From a virus (taxonomy: Duplodnaviria > Caudoviricetes), in IMG/VR virus record IMGVR_UViG_3300003937_000325: a stretch of 64,000 bases of DNA. The stretch is one strand, 5' to 3'. Positions within the stretch are counted from its first letter, which is position 1; each line of letters opens with the position of its first letter. The notes beneath the pieces were generated by a model. That model was not told the DNA's origin. It made no database searches and was given only the letters and a program-made list of their open reading frames with translations. Positions 1-10,220 of the stretch are shown one piece after another. A program made the position numbers and the translations under genes.

Positions 1-1254
1 GAAAAGGCAAGTAACGATATAGTAGTATTATGTCACGATGACCTTTACTTCGAAAAGAAGAATTGGGGAAATAAGGTACTTAAACATTTTAAAAGAAATC
101 CTGAATATGGTATTTTAGGGGTCGCAGGTACTAAATTTTTTCCTAAGTCGGCAAGATGGTGGGAAATTACCGAAGAGATGTTAGGTATAGTTAACCACCA
201 ACAAGGTGAAAAAAAATGGACTAACCAATATAGTGAATCAAAGGGTAGTAAATTAGATGAAACCGTCATTGTTGATGGTCTTTTCATCGCTTTAGATAAA
301 ACTAAAATAAAACATACTTTTGATGAATCTTTTAATGGATTTCATTTTTATGATTTAGGTTTTAGTTTTAAAAATCACATTAGTGGAGTTAAGATTGGAG
401 TATTTTATGATGTGAGAATAACCCACCTTTCAATAGGTCAGACAAATAATGAATGGGAAAATAATAGGTTAAAATTCTTAAGTATGTACGAGGATAAATT
501 ACCTATACTTTTACCTACTAAATTTAATAAAAAACCAATAAAGAAAGGTGAACCCTTAGTAACTTTAGCGATGCCAATTTATAATTATGCTAAAAGGTTA
601 AATCCTACTTTACAATCCGTTTATAACCAAGATTATACTAATTTCGAAATTACTTTAGTTAATGATGGTTCAGATGATGAGTACTGTTTAATGAAATTAG
701 ATTCATTAGAAGGTCAGGAAGGTATACGAATTATACATAAAGAGAATACTGGAGTTTCTGACACTCGAAACGTGGCGGTTAGAGAAGGTAAAGGTGAATA
801 CATTTTACCTTTAGATGCTGATGATATGATTTATCCTGGTTACCTTAAAACAGGTGTTAACATTATAAAGAAAAACCCTAAAATAAGTCCTGTTTATTGC
901 GATACTGTTCATGTTGGTGAAATGCAGGGGTTAGAAAAAAGACCTGAGTGGTCAAAAGAAAGACTTTTACAGGGTCCATTTATAGTTAATAGTTCTATGT
1001 ATTCCCGTGAAGCTTATAATTCAATAGAGGGTTACAGTACAGAAATGAAAGGATGGGTAGATTATGACTTATGGGTACAAATGATGGATGCCGGATTTAT
1101 TGGTAAAAGAATCCCTAAGGGACTATTTATTTATTTCCACCATGAAAGTGAAGGTAAGGGGTCAGTCTCTACATCTGCACGACAAAATATGGGGGAATTA
1201 CATAAAACAGTCTTGGAAAGACATAAAAAAAGAAAAAACAACAGTAATGAGTAG
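1..1254 (+). CDS. Two-domain glycosyltransferase (Glyco_tranf_2_5-like N-domain plus GT2 domain), 5'-truncated
   Basis: Frame 1 is open from base 1 (EKASNDIVVLCHDDL...) and continues into ORF 178..1254. Motifs VDGLFIA and GFHFYD, then GT2 motifs VNDGSDD and PLDADD. Confidence 0.85.
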   Translation, partial: EKASNDIVVLCHDDLYFEKKNWGNKVLKHFKRNPEYGILGVAGTKFFPKSARWWEITEEMLGIVNHQQGEKKWTNQYSESKGSKLDETVIVDGLFIALDKTKIKHTFDESFNGFHFYDLGFSFKNHISGVKIGVFYDVRITHLSIGQTNNEWENNRLKFLSMYEDKLPILLPTKFNKKPIKKGEPLVTLAMPIYNYAKRLNPTLQSVYNQDYTNFEITLVNDGSDDEYCLMKLDSLEGQEGIRIIHKENTGVSDTRNVAVREGKGEYILPLDADDMIYPGYLKTGVNIIKKNPKISPVYCDTVHVGEMQGLEKRPEWSKERLLQGPFIVNSSMYSREAYNSIEGYSTEMKGWVDYDLWVQMMDAGFIGKRIPKGLFIYFHHESEGKGSVSTSARQNMGELHKTVLERHKKRKNNSNE

Positions 1255-1393
1255 TATTGACCAACAAAATAACGGTAACCCTCACACACATGAAACTAGA
1301 AATTCGTTCAATCAAAAAGTGGCAAAATTATCTATGTTAGGTAGAAGTAAAAAGGTACAGTGGAGTGATAAACGAAGATATCGAAACATATAA
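1247..1393 (+). CDS. Small basic hypothetical protein (48 aa, MSSIDQQNNGNPHTHETRNSF...)
   Basis: ATG at 1247 overlaps the upstream stop, and its TAA abuts the next ATG (TAATG). It fills the gap exactly. The track ORF 1088..1393 is probably over-extended. Confidence 0.6.
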   Translation: MSSIDQQNNGNPHTHETRNSFNQKVAKLSMLGRSKKVQWSDKRRYRNI

Positions 1394-2223
1394 TGAAAAA
1401 TAATCCTAATATCGAAGCTTTTGATGAATTTGGTTTTATCTTATGGTACTACCTACCAGTCGCTTATCATCAATATTTAGAAGGTAATCTAAAATCGACT
1501 GCAAGTAAAATTGGTAGTGGACCCGTGTTTTATTTTTCTCCGAACCATACTGAGGTTAATAAACATTTTGACCCACCACTTTTACATCATTACTTAACTA
1601 CAGAACATAAAAATGTGTGCTACGGTTTAAATAGCCCTAAGTTTACTAATGATAAATGGACACCTCCACCACTCAAAGAGTTCTATAAAAATGATAAGTA
1701 TAAGTATGATAAACCAATTTTAACTATACATAATAAAAACACTAAAGAATGGGGTCGTCACCCTCATAATTACTTTAATAGTGAAATATTAGAAAAAATG
1801 TTTATCACTTTTGAAAATGATTATCAAATAATTTATATAAGACCGCCTGATAAATCTGATGACTACAAATTACAAATAGATACCGGACAAGGAACTTTAG
1901 ATATTGGTGATAAAGAAGTTTTAAAAAGACATCCTTCGGTTATTAATATTGAAACATTGTTACATGAAACAGATAAAACTTATAATGAAGTTCAATTTAT
2001 GGTATTAGCAAATTCAGAACATCACTTGACTCCGGCTGGTGACGCGGTTATTCCCTCATACTTTGGTGGTGATGTTTTTATTTATAATTGTCCTCGTTGT
2101 ATATCCGCTTCAAGAGGTGTTTGGAAAACTGGTTCATGGATGGAAAAATTATCGGGCTCTAAAATATATGGATTTAATAATTATAATCAGTTATTAATTA
2201 ACTCAAAAGATAAGTGGTTATAA
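1393..2223 (+). CDS. Hypothetical protein, possible glycosyltransferase
   Basis: 276-aa ORF translationally coupled within the glycan cluster. No decisive motif. Confidence 0.5.
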   Translation: MKNNPNIEAFDEFGFILWYYLPVAYHQYLEGNLKSTASKIGSGPVFYFSPNHTEVNKHFDPPLLHHYLTTEHKNVCYGLNSPKFTNDKWTPPPLKEFYKNDKYKYDKPILTIHNKNTKEWGRHPHNYFNSEILEKMFITFENDYQIIYIRPPDKSDDYKLQIDTGQGTLDIGDKEVLKRHPSVINIETLLHETDKTYNEVQFMVLANSEHHLTPAGDAVIPSYFGGDVFIYNCPRCISASRGVWKTGSWMEKLSGSKIYGFNNYNQLLINSKDKWL

Positions 2224-2224
2224 T

Positions 2225-2938
2225 TTATCTTTGATGTAGTAACATCCCATAATATTTAGGTTTACATTCCCCTAACCACCATTGCATTTCAGAAAAACTA
2301 CTCATATTGGTGCCGTAAATGTCCGTAGACAAACTACCTAAGTATTGGTCTATTAATATATCTTGCATACCTTCCACAGTGGTAAAATCCCCAAACTTGG
2401 TTCTTTTAGGTGTGGTGTAAACATCATATCTTTGTTTAATTAAATTTGTTGTCTCGGTGTCATCACAGGTTAATAAAATTTTACCTTCAACTTTATCCAT
2501 TATCTTAAAAAGATTATCTTTTTTAAAATGTCTACCCCATGAGTTATATTCGTGAGGAAAACTTCTAAAAGTTCTAACACTAACCGCACTATAATCGCCC
2601 AACCTATCTTTCTCTTCTTTAATTTTATTTGTAATGTAATCGATAGGTTCTAAAGTTTTAATCACTTCAATATATCTTTTCTTAAGGTCGGATGGTAAGT
2701 TATCTTTACCTCCTTCATTATGTGTGTTCATTTTATGGTGAATAAATTTACAGTCAGATACACTATTTATCGCACTACCATTAAAGATATTTTTATATAA
2801 ATCATTAAATTCACATCTAACTCCACCACCACTTTTAGGTACATTCCATAAAAGATTTATATCTCCATACTCCACTATGGATGATATGATACATTTCATT
2901 CTATTAGAAATACCACCATATGGATTACAGTTAATCAT
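2225..2938 (-). CDS. Fucosyltransferase-like protein (NodZ/GT23-like GT-B fold)
   Basis: YGGISNRM at the N-terminus, AVSVRT, LTCDD, IDQYLGS and SSFS resemble fucosyltransferase motifs I-III. Confidence 0.6.
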   Translation of the reverse strand: MINCNPYGGISNRMKCIISSIVEYGDINLLWNVPKSGGGVRCEFNDLYKNIFNGSAINSVSDCKFIHHKMNTHNEGGKDNLPSDLKKRYIEVIKTLEPIDYITNKIKEEKDRLGDYSAVSVRTFRSFPHEYNSWGRHFKKDNLFKIMDKVEGKILLTCDDTETTNLIKQRYDVYTTPKRTKFGDFTTVEGMQDILIDQYLGSLSTDIYGTNMSSFSEMQWWLGECKPKYYGMLLHQR

Positions 2939-3614
2939 AAAATTGTTTAATTGGTTTTATTAATAATGGAAGTTTATCATTCGTAAAAATAACATATTCC
3001 ACATCCTTCCATCTTTGAAATTCAGTATACCCTATATCAGTAATATCTGTAAACTTACTTTCCACAAAATTTAAAAAATTTCTCTGATAGTCGGTAAAAG
3101 ATTCACTCGATTTATTTGGGGTATTTAAATCAAAAAGTCTATTATGTTTTTCTAATGTAGGTAAAACTAAAGAATTTTTAAATAACCCGTTAGATACCGA
3201 CGCGTGATTATTATCCCAATATGATGCAACAAAACTATGATTTTTTATTTTTTGTAAAAAATAACTTACCGTATTTTTAAGATTAGGTATATAATCATCT
3301 TCAATCAAAAAAGAATAATCATATTCACCATATGTTTCCATAATCCCTTTTTCCCAAGCACCATAAGAACCACCTACATTTTCCCTAGTAAATAAATTTC
3401 CTTGTAAACTACTTTTTTCTATAAATTTATTTATCGTATCAATACAATATTGGTCATATTCAATATTAGTTTTGTTAATTACAAATGTAAAACCATCAAT
3501 ATCATCAGGATTACTAGATAAAAATTCAATATGTTTATTTAATAACATTTTAAAATCAGTGTGTATTCCCGCTCTTCTTCTACCACAATATATGCTTACT
3601 ATATAATTTACCAT
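2931..3614 (-). CDS. GT-A fold glycosyltransferase-like protein
   Basis: RENVGGSYGAW and FLIEDDY (DxD-like) motifs; cluster context. Confidence 0.55.
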   Translation of the reverse strand: MVNYIVSIYCGRRRAGIHTDFKMLLNKHIEFLSSNPDDIDGFTFVINKTNIEYDQYCIDTINKFIEKSSLQGNLFTRENVGGSYGAWEKGIMETYGEYDYSFLIEDDYIPNLKNTVSYFLQKIKNHSFVASYWDNNHASVSNGLFKNSLVLPTLEKHNRLFDLNTPNKSSESFTDYQRNFLNFVESKFTDITDIGYTEFQRWKDVEYVIFTNDKLPLLIKPIKQFYD

Positions 3615-3620
3615 AGTTTT

Positions 3621-4298
3621 TTATAATTTATTATTTTTATATTCTCGATGGTATGACCTACCTATATGACCAACAAAAGGGTCCCATATTGAACCAAAAT
3701 CAATCATAGTACACTTATCGCCAATCTCATCATAAAGTTCATCTACAATAACATTAGTCGCCATAGAAGATGATAAACCGAAGACTACGTCATCGTATCT
3801 TTCCGTCATTTTTATCATATCACTTTTAATTCTTTCTTTATCTAAAAAACAATTAACAGATGGTACACTAATAAAATCAGTATATTTAATATCTAATTTC
3901 TTTAATTTATCACTTGATACAATAACAAAGTTTCTACTTTCTAATGATTTAACTAATGGTTTTAATTGTCCACTTAGAGCCGAGTCTTCCCATATACCCG
4001 CATTAACCCAATCAATATTTATATTATTGTTTTTTATAAATGGTAGTAAAATATTAAGTATATTTTTTATCTGTCCGTGGTCTAAATTCCATATTGCTTT
4101 ATAATAACCCTTATCGTTATTTAATGCATTATTAAGAGATTCCCTCATTTCAGGAAAATATTTATGACCATCACAATTTTGACCGTTTTTACCAATAGTA
4201 CAAAACCATTCTCCGTCTCCCCATCGAGTAAATGAAAAATTATCCTTACTATTTATTTTTTCTATATAATACTCAATTGGGTTATTTTTTATATTCAT
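3621..4298 (-). CDS. GT-D fold (DUF1792-like) glycosyltransferase
   Basis: FSFTRWGDGE signature and IDFGSIWD near the C-terminus. Confidence 0.65.
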   Translation of the reverse strand: MNIKNNPIEYYIEKINSKDNFSFTRWGDGEWFCTIGKNGQNCDGHKYFPEMRESLNNALNNDKGYYKAIWNLDHGQIKNILNILLPFIKNNNINIDWVNAGIWEDSALSGQLKPLVKSLESRNFVIVSSDKLKKLDIKYTDFISVPSVNCFLDKERIKSDMIKMTERYDDVVFGLSSSMATNVIVDELYDEIGDKCTMIDFGSIWDPFVGHIGRSYHREYKNNKL

Positions 4299-4310
4299 AG
4301 TCCCTTATTT

Positions 4311-5342
4311 TTAATACCCTAACATTGATGTGTCATATTTATCATATAATTCAGTTTGTTGACCTATCGATTTAGAGGGTTTAATGTTAATTTTTGGTAA
4401 GTCTAAATTTAAATCACCGATAAAATCTCTTATAATTTTTAATTGATTTTCTAAATCAAAACAAAGGTCTTCATATTTTATAACCAAATCGGCCTCTTTA
4501 CAAGACTTAATCGATTCATTTATATAATACTTTATCTTACCGTCTAAATCGTTAATACCGATATTTCCATACTTATTATGGGGTATGTACTTTTTCTTCA
4601 CTGCCATATCAATTGGGTGTCTCATAATATATACAGTTTTACATTTAGGAAAATCTTTTCTAAGTACATCATTTATAAACATAAAATGCCCATGTTTAAT
4701 CGCAAATTTATCAGGATTTTTTAATCTTTTTTTTACAAAATTAATTACTCTTTTAAAATCTTTTTTTCTCCATGAAGCGTCAAATTCTTGCACAAAACTA
4801 CCTTTACCAAAATCTAATGAATCCGCACCAATTTCTCTACCTACGTAAAATCCGAAACCTTCAAATATTTCGGCAACTACTCTACTTCCAGTACCACCAA
4901 AACCACCTATAAAAATCTTACTAACAGGTTCTTTAATATATTTCATATGAAGGTACTTTTCACCTCTAACTATTTTAACCTCACCAGTTTCTACAAAACC
5001 TAATGACTCATATAATTTTTTGGCGAAATTGTTTTCAAAAACCCATAAAGTTGCGTAATTTTTATTTTCTAAATATAAATTATAGGCTTGTCTAGCATAT
5101 CCTTTTTTACGAAAATCAGGGTGTATATCACACCCAACCTCATCACCATTAGTTCTAATATAACCAACAGGTTCTTCATTAACCTCAATTATAAACCATA
5201 AAGGATTATAAGATTCAAACCATGATTTACATTCATCACTTGTAAATTCTGAATCATTTTCTAAAAATTTTCTAGTTGACTCATCATTCCTAACTTCAAT
5301 TAAAAAGTTTAAATCATCTACAGTTAGTTTTCTTAATATCAT
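4311..5342 (-). CDS. GNAT N-acetyltransferase (PseH-like) fused to a sulfotransferase domain
   Basis: N-half: IHPDFRKKGYA and NNFAKKLYESLGF. C-half: IGGFGGTGSR (PAPS-binding loop), YIMRHPID and IKYEDL. Confidence 0.75.
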   Translation of the reverse strand: MILRKLTVDDLNFLIEVRNDESTRKFLENDSEFTSDECKSWFESYNPLWFIIEVNEEPVGYIRTNGDEVGCDIHPDFRKKGYARQAYNLYLENKNYATLWVFENNFAKKLYESLGFVETGEVKIVRGEKYLHMKYIKEPVSKIFIGGFGGTGSRVVAEIFEGFGFYVGREIGADSLDFGKGSFVQEFDASWRKKDFKRVINFVKKRLKNPDKFAIKHGHFMFINDVLRKDFPKCKTVYIMRHPIDMAVKKKYIPHNKYGNIGINDLDGKIKYYINESIKSCKEADLVIKYEDLCFDLENQLKIIRDFIGDLNLDLPKINIKPSKSIGQQTELYDKYDTSMLGY

Positions 5343-6524
5343 TTACCACCCTTTTTTAATTGTATCTACGATATATTGTCGGTCTTCAGGGGTTACCCAC
5401 CAACCAACTGGTATAGATACCATCTTACCAATAGTTTTATCTAAATTAGGTAAACTACAAACAAATTCTCTAACACACGTATGCTTATCATTTCTTTCGT
5501 GTACCTGAGAAACCGATATTCCATGGTCACCCATATGTTTATAGAATCTATCCCTATCATTAACAAGTACAGAATAAATCCAAAAAGAGGAATCAAATCC
5601 ATCTTCTCTTTTTAATAATGTAAGTCCCTCGACATCTTTAAGATTTTCATCGTAAAATTTAGCGTTAGATTTATGTTTTTCAATTATCTCGTCAGCATGT
5701 TTTAAATTTTCAATACCTACAGTCGCACAGACATCATTCATATGGAATTTATAACCCCATTCCTCAATATCCGCTTCACATCTAAAATCTTTTCTATCAC
5801 CATCACGGTCAATACCGTACCACCTTATTAGTCTAGCTCTATCGTTTAACTTCTTATGTGGAGAAAGTAGTAACCCACCATCAATAGATGTTATATGTTT
5901 TATGGCCTGTAATGAAAACATGGTTAAATTACCATGTGTACCAATACTTTTTCCTTTATATGTTGAACCAAAAGAGTGTGCTCCATCCTCTATCACCGCA
6001 GGTTTAAAACCATACATACGATGTGCTCTTTCTTGTATTTCTTTTATTTTATCTAAATCGTTTGGATAACCTCCCCAATGAACTAACATAATAACTTTAG
6101 TTTTTGGTGTGATTTTTCTTGCTAAGTCATCTAAATCCATATTTAAAGTTTCAGGGTCAATATCCACCCATTTGATGTTTAAATTATTTGCCAATACAGG
6201 CCAATTAGATGCGGTACAAGTTAATGGGGTGGCTAAAACCTCGTCCCCTTCTTCTAAACCTGGCCATTTTGAATCGTAACCAATAACACCCTCATAAACT
6301 ACCTGATTTGTTGATGGTTTTTTTAATAAATGTAAAGCTAAATGAAGTGCTGATGTACCTGCATTTACCGTTGATACGTAGTCGTGATTAAAATGAGTTT
6401 TCATCATTTCTTCTAATTCATTTACTTTAGGTCCTTGACCAATATATCCGCTATTGATTACTTTAGTTACCTCTTCAGCCGCTGTTGGAGCCATGAATAC
6501 CTTGAATAAGTCTATTTTTTTCAT
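5343..6524 (-). CDS. DegT/DnrJ/EryC1/StrS-family PLP sugar aminotransferase
   Basis: NAGTSALHLAL, VIEDGAHSFG and SLQAIKHITSIDGG (PLP lysine). Confidence 0.93.
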   Translation of the reverse strand: MKKIDLFKVFMAPTAAEEVTKVINSGYIGQGPKVNELEEMMKTHFNHDYVSTVNAGTSALHLALHLLKKPSTNQVVYEGVIGYDSKWPGLEEGDEVLATPLTCTASNWPVLANNLNIKWVDIDPETLNMDLDDLARKITPKTKVIMLVHWGGYPNDLDKIKEIQERAHRMYGFKPAVIEDGAHSFGSTYKGKSIGTHGNLTMFSLQAIKHITSIDGGLLLSPHKKLNDRARLIRWYGIDRDGDRKDFRCEADIEEWGYKFHMNDVCATVGIENLKHADEIIEKHKSNAKFYDENLKDVEGLTLLKREDGFDSSFWIYSVLVNDRDRFYKHMGDHGISVSQVHERNDKHTCVREFVCSLPNLDKTIGKMVSIPVGWWVTPEDRQYIVDTIKKGW

Positions 6525-6627
6525 ATTATGTTGTTTTATATACTATAAGTTATTAATTTACTTATAAAAATAAACAAACAATTTAGATTTTTAAATAGTC
6601 TACTACATTTAGGATAAAATTATAATT

Positions 6628-7443
6628 ATGAGCATAGTAGGTATAGTTGGAAATGGGTTTGTGGGAGAATCACAAATTTTTGCATTTTCACCAACAAATG
6701 AAATAAGAGTGTATGATATCGACCCTCTAAAGTCGACACATACTAAAGAAGAAACCCATAAATCTGATTTTATATTTGTATGTGTACCAACACCTATGAG
6801 TGTTGACGGAAGACAAGATTTATCTTTTATAGAAAAAGTTTTTGAAGAATCCGTTGAGGGACCAATATACATTATTAAATCGACCGTGTTACCCGGAACC
6901 ACAGAAAAATTACAAGAAAAATATCCTCACTTAAGTATAATATTTTCACCTGAATTTTTAACTGAGAGAACTGCTAAATTAGATATGTTAACTCAAGCTA
7001 GAATAATTTTTGGTGGAGATAGAAAAATTACCAATAAGGTTGAGAAACTATTTTCAAACAGGTTTATGAATCGTCACTTTATACATACTGATTCAAAAAC
7101 CGCCGAATTTATAAAGTATATGAATAATACTTTTTTTGCAACTAAAGTGTCATTAATGAATGAGTACCATAGATTAGCTAATTTAGTTGGAGTTAATTGG
7201 GATGATGCAATGTACGGGTTTTCATCGGATGGTCGTATTGGTGACTCCCACTTACATGTACCAGGACCTGACGGTAAATTAGGTTTTGGTGGTACCTGTT
7301 TTCCTAAAGATATTAACGCATTAATCTCCATGGCTAATGATGTCGGTGTTAATATGAATGTGTTAGGTGCCGCCTGGAAAACTAATTTAGAAGTTAGACC
7401 TGAGCAAGATTGGAATAAACTAAAAGGTAGGGCAATAAGTTAA
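6628..7443 (+). CDS. ugd: UDP-glucose/GDP-mannose dehydrogenase family protein (short form, 271 aa)
   Basis: GNGFVG Rossmann motif, CVPTP, IKSTVLPGTT, FSPEFL and GFGGTCFPKD (catalytic Cys). The C-terminal UDP-binding domain is absent. Confidence 0.88.
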   Translation: MSIVGIVGNGFVGESQIFAFSPTNEIRVYDIDPLKSTHTKEETHKSDFIFVCVPTPMSVDGRQDLSFIEKVFEESVEGPIYIIKSTVLPGTTEKLQEKYPHLSIIFSPEFLTERTAKLDMLTQARIIFGGDRKITNKVEKLFSNRFMNRHFIHTDSKTAEFIKYMNNTFFATKVSLMNEYHRLANLVGVNWDDAMYGFSSDGRIGDSHLHVPGPDGKLGFGGTCFPKDINALISMANDVGVNMNVLGAAWKTNLEVRPEQDWNKLKGRAIS

Positions 7444-7444
7444 T

Positions 7445-8527
7445 ATGAAAAATGTAGTAGTTTTAGGTGGGGGAGGATTCATTGGTGGTCACCTCTCAAA
7501 AAGATTAAAAGATAATGGTAATAATGTAACCATATGTGACATAAAAAATCATGAGTTCTTTAATCATACGGAGATATGTGATAATTTTATCAAAGGAGAT
7601 TTAAGAGACCCTAAAATAGTGGAACAAGTTATTACGGATGGTATTGATGAGGTTTATCAATTAGCCGCAGATATGGGTGGTGCGGGTTATATTTTTACGG
7701 GTGATAATGATGCGAATGTAATGCATAATTCGGCATTAATTAATTTAAATGTGGTACATGAATGTACTAAAAAGAAAGTTGGTAAAGTATTTTATTCTTC
7801 TTCGGCGTGTATGTATCCTGAACATAATCAATTAGACCCTAAAAATCCAAACTGTGAAGAGTCTTCAGCTTATCCAGCTAATCCCGATTCTGAATATGGG
7901 TGGGAAAAGTTATTTTCAGAAAGACTATTTTTATCGTTTAATAGAAATTATGAATTAGATGTTAGAATTGCACGTTTTCATAATATTTTTGGACCTATGG
8001 GTACGTGGACAGGAGGTAAAGAAAAGGCTCCCGCAGCAATGTGTCGTAAAGTCGCAGAAACTGAAAATACATTAGAAGTGTGGGGAGACGGTAATCAAAC
8101 ACGTTCTTTTCTTTTTATAGATGAATGTATAACCGCAATATTTAAATTAATGGAGTCCGATTTTATTGGTCCCGTTAATATTGGTTCTGAAGAAATGGTA
8201 ACAATAAATCAGTTGGGCCAAATGGCTATTGATATCTCGGAAAAAGATGTTAAAATTAGTAATATATATGGTCAAGAATTTATTGATAAATATGGGTTCA
8301 AATGTCCTTTAGGTGTAAGAGGTAGAAACTCTGACAATAAACTTTATAGAAATAAAATAGGGTGGGAAGTTTCCCAACCTTTAATAAATGGAATGAAAAA
8401 AACATATCAGTGGATTAATGAGCAAGTAAACAATAAGACTTATATATACGAAAGTCCCGATAAAGGGAATACAATATATCGTAGAGAATTTGGTGAACCA
8501 CCAAACACTCGTGAAAAAACGAAATAA
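7445..8527 (+). CDS. NAD-dependent epimerase, GDP-mannose 3',5'-epimerase type
   Basis: GGGGFIG, QLAADMGGAGYI, YSSSACMYPE, YGWEK and EKAPAAMCRK are typical of the GME subfamily. Confidence 0.88.
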   Translation: MKNVVVLGGGGFIGGHLSKRLKDNGNNVTICDIKNHEFFNHTEICDNFIKGDLRDPKIVEQVITDGIDEVYQLAADMGGAGYIFTGDNDANVMHNSALINLNVVHECTKKKVGKVFYSSSACMYPEHNQLDPKNPNCEESSAYPANPDSEYGWEKLFSERLFLSFNRNYELDVRIARFHNIFGPMGTWTGGKEKAPAAMCRKVAETENTLEVWGDGNQTRSFLFIDECITAIFKLMESDFIGPVNIGSEEMVTINQLGQMAIDISEKDVKISNIYGQEFIDKYGFKCPLGVRGRNSDNKLYRNKIGWEVSQPLINGMKKTYQWINEQVNNKTYIYESPDKGNTIYRREFGEPPNTREKTK

Positions 8528-8545
8528 ATACACAATACTGAAATA

Positions 8546-9253
8546 ATGGCAAGAAAAGGAGAATCGGGTACACGAAAATTACCAAGAAAAGATTTAATAA
8601 ATAAAATAATTAATAAAAATCCTAAACAAAAATTTTTATCAGAAAGTCAAAAAGAATATCACGAAATATTAAAGGAGAGTGAAATAACAATATGTACAGG
8701 ACCTGCGGGGGTGGGTAAATCATATATCGCAATGAAAGCTGCGGTAGAACTTTTAATGGACCAAAATAACTCTTATGAAAAAATAATCATTGTTAGACCG
8801 GCAGTTGAAGCTGAGGAAAAATTAGGAGCATTACCTGGTAATTTAGAAGAAAAACTAGACCCATATATTTTTCCATCGTATTACTTATTAAATAAAATTA
8901 TAGGTAAAGAGGCTAGAGAAAAATTAAAAGAAAATGATATTATAGAGGTTTTCGCTTTAGCTTATATGAGAGGTATGAATATTGATAACTCAATATTAAT
9001 CTTTGAAGAGGCTCAGAATTCAACACCTTCTCAGATGAAATTACTATTAACTAGAATAGGTTTTAATAGTAAATTTTTCATATCAGGCGATATTGACCAA
9101 ACGGATAGATATAAAGATAAAACACAATCGGGGTTATACGATGCGACAATTAGATTTAAAAATTTAGACAAAGTTGGCACATATGATTTTAAAACAGACG
9201 ATATCATCAGAAATCCTTTGATTAGTAAATTATTAGATAGATACGACACATGA
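8546..9253 (+). CDS. phoH: PhoH-family ATPase
   Basis: GPAGVGKS Walker A, RPAVEAEEKLGALPG, YMRG, EEAQN and GDIDQTD. Confidence 0.95.
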   Translation: MARKGESGTRKLPRKDLINKIINKNPKQKFLSESQKEYHEILKESEITICTGPAGVGKSYIAMKAAVELLMDQNNSYEKIIIVRPAVEAEEKLGALPGNLEEKLDPYIFPSYYLLNKIIGKEAREKLKENDIIEVFALAYMRGMNIDNSILIFEEAQNSTPSQMKLLLTRIGFNSKFFISGDIDQTDRYKDKTQSGLYDATIRFKNLDKVGTYDFKTDDIIRNPLISKLLDRYDT

Positions 9254-9900
9254 GAGTAGCATTTGATTTAAATGGTGTAATTAGAGACACTTTCACAAAG
9301 GCAGAACAATTATATCAAAAACATTATATTGATGAATTTGAGGACGAAAATAATTCTGTTTATAATGAAGAGACTGAAGAATTTGATAAAGTATTATCTG
9401 TCGATGACTTTAAATACGAATTAGATTTACCTGTAAAAAATTTAGACGATTTAATCAATCATTTTAAATTTAAAGATAAAGAAGATTTATTTGAATTCTT
9501 TTATATCGATTTTGCTATGCAAATTTTTGGTCACTCACCATCTATAGATGGACCAACTTTTAATATTTTAAATGAAATATACGAAACTTTAAGAGACGAC
9601 CATGAAGTACTAATAGTATCTGATGAAATCGGTAAGTCAAAACCAGCTACACTATTTTTTTTATCCAAGTATGGTTGTTTGGTTGAGAAAATAAAATTTT
9701 ATTCTAACATTACAATAGATAGTATGTGGGATGAAGTTGATATACTAATTACTTCCAACCCAAATCATATTATAAACCAACCGAAAAATAAAACAGTTAT
9801 TAAATGTACAACATCGTATAATGAAGATATTAATTCAGAATACACCATCAACGATATTGGAGAATTTAAAGAACTATATAAACAATTAAAATTAAAATAA
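9250..9900 (+). CDS. HAD-superfamily protein, 5'(3')-deoxyribonucleotidase-like
   Basis: N-terminal FDLNGVIRD (DxD motif altered to DxN). ATGA overlap with phoH. Confidence 0.55.
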   Translation: MRVAFDLNGVIRDTFTKAEQLYQKHYIDEFEDENNSVYNEETEEFDKVLSVDDFKYELDLPVKNLDDLINHFKFKDKEDLFEFFYIDFAMQIFGHSPSIDGPTFNILNEIYETLRDDHEVLIVSDEIGKSKPATLFFLSKYGCLVEKIKFYSNITIDSMWDEVDILITSNPNHIINQPKNKTVIKCTTSYNEDINSEYTINDIGEFKELYKQLKLK

Positions 9901-10217
9901 TGTTACAATTTTTAGAAGAAAACTATTATGTTGACTTTATTGCTTTAGAAAAAGAGGTTAATATACCTAAAAATGAAGACGGTAAAGAATTAACCACTGA
10001 AAAAGAAACTGAAAAAATCTCTGAAGATAAATTTGCTCAACACATAAGTGTAGTGAAATTTGAAACAATAAAAATGATGTTAGAGGTCGTTTTAACTGAA
10101 AGAGAGGAAATAGACGATAACTTAGGTATACGTGCGGGAACTTCAAAGTCTTTAAGTATTCCCTTTAAAATTGCTTTTAATACATTATTAAGACACGGAA
10201 TAATAAAATATATATAA
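9900..10217 (+). CDS. Hypothetical protein
   Basis: 105-aa ORF, TAATG-coupled within the operon. Confidence 0.75.
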   Translation: MLQFLEENYYVDFIALEKEVNIPKNEDGKELTTEKETEKISEDKFAQHISVVKFETIKMMLEVVLTEREEIDDNLGIRAGTSKSLSIPFKIAFNTLLRHGIIKYI

Positions 10218-10220
10218 ATT

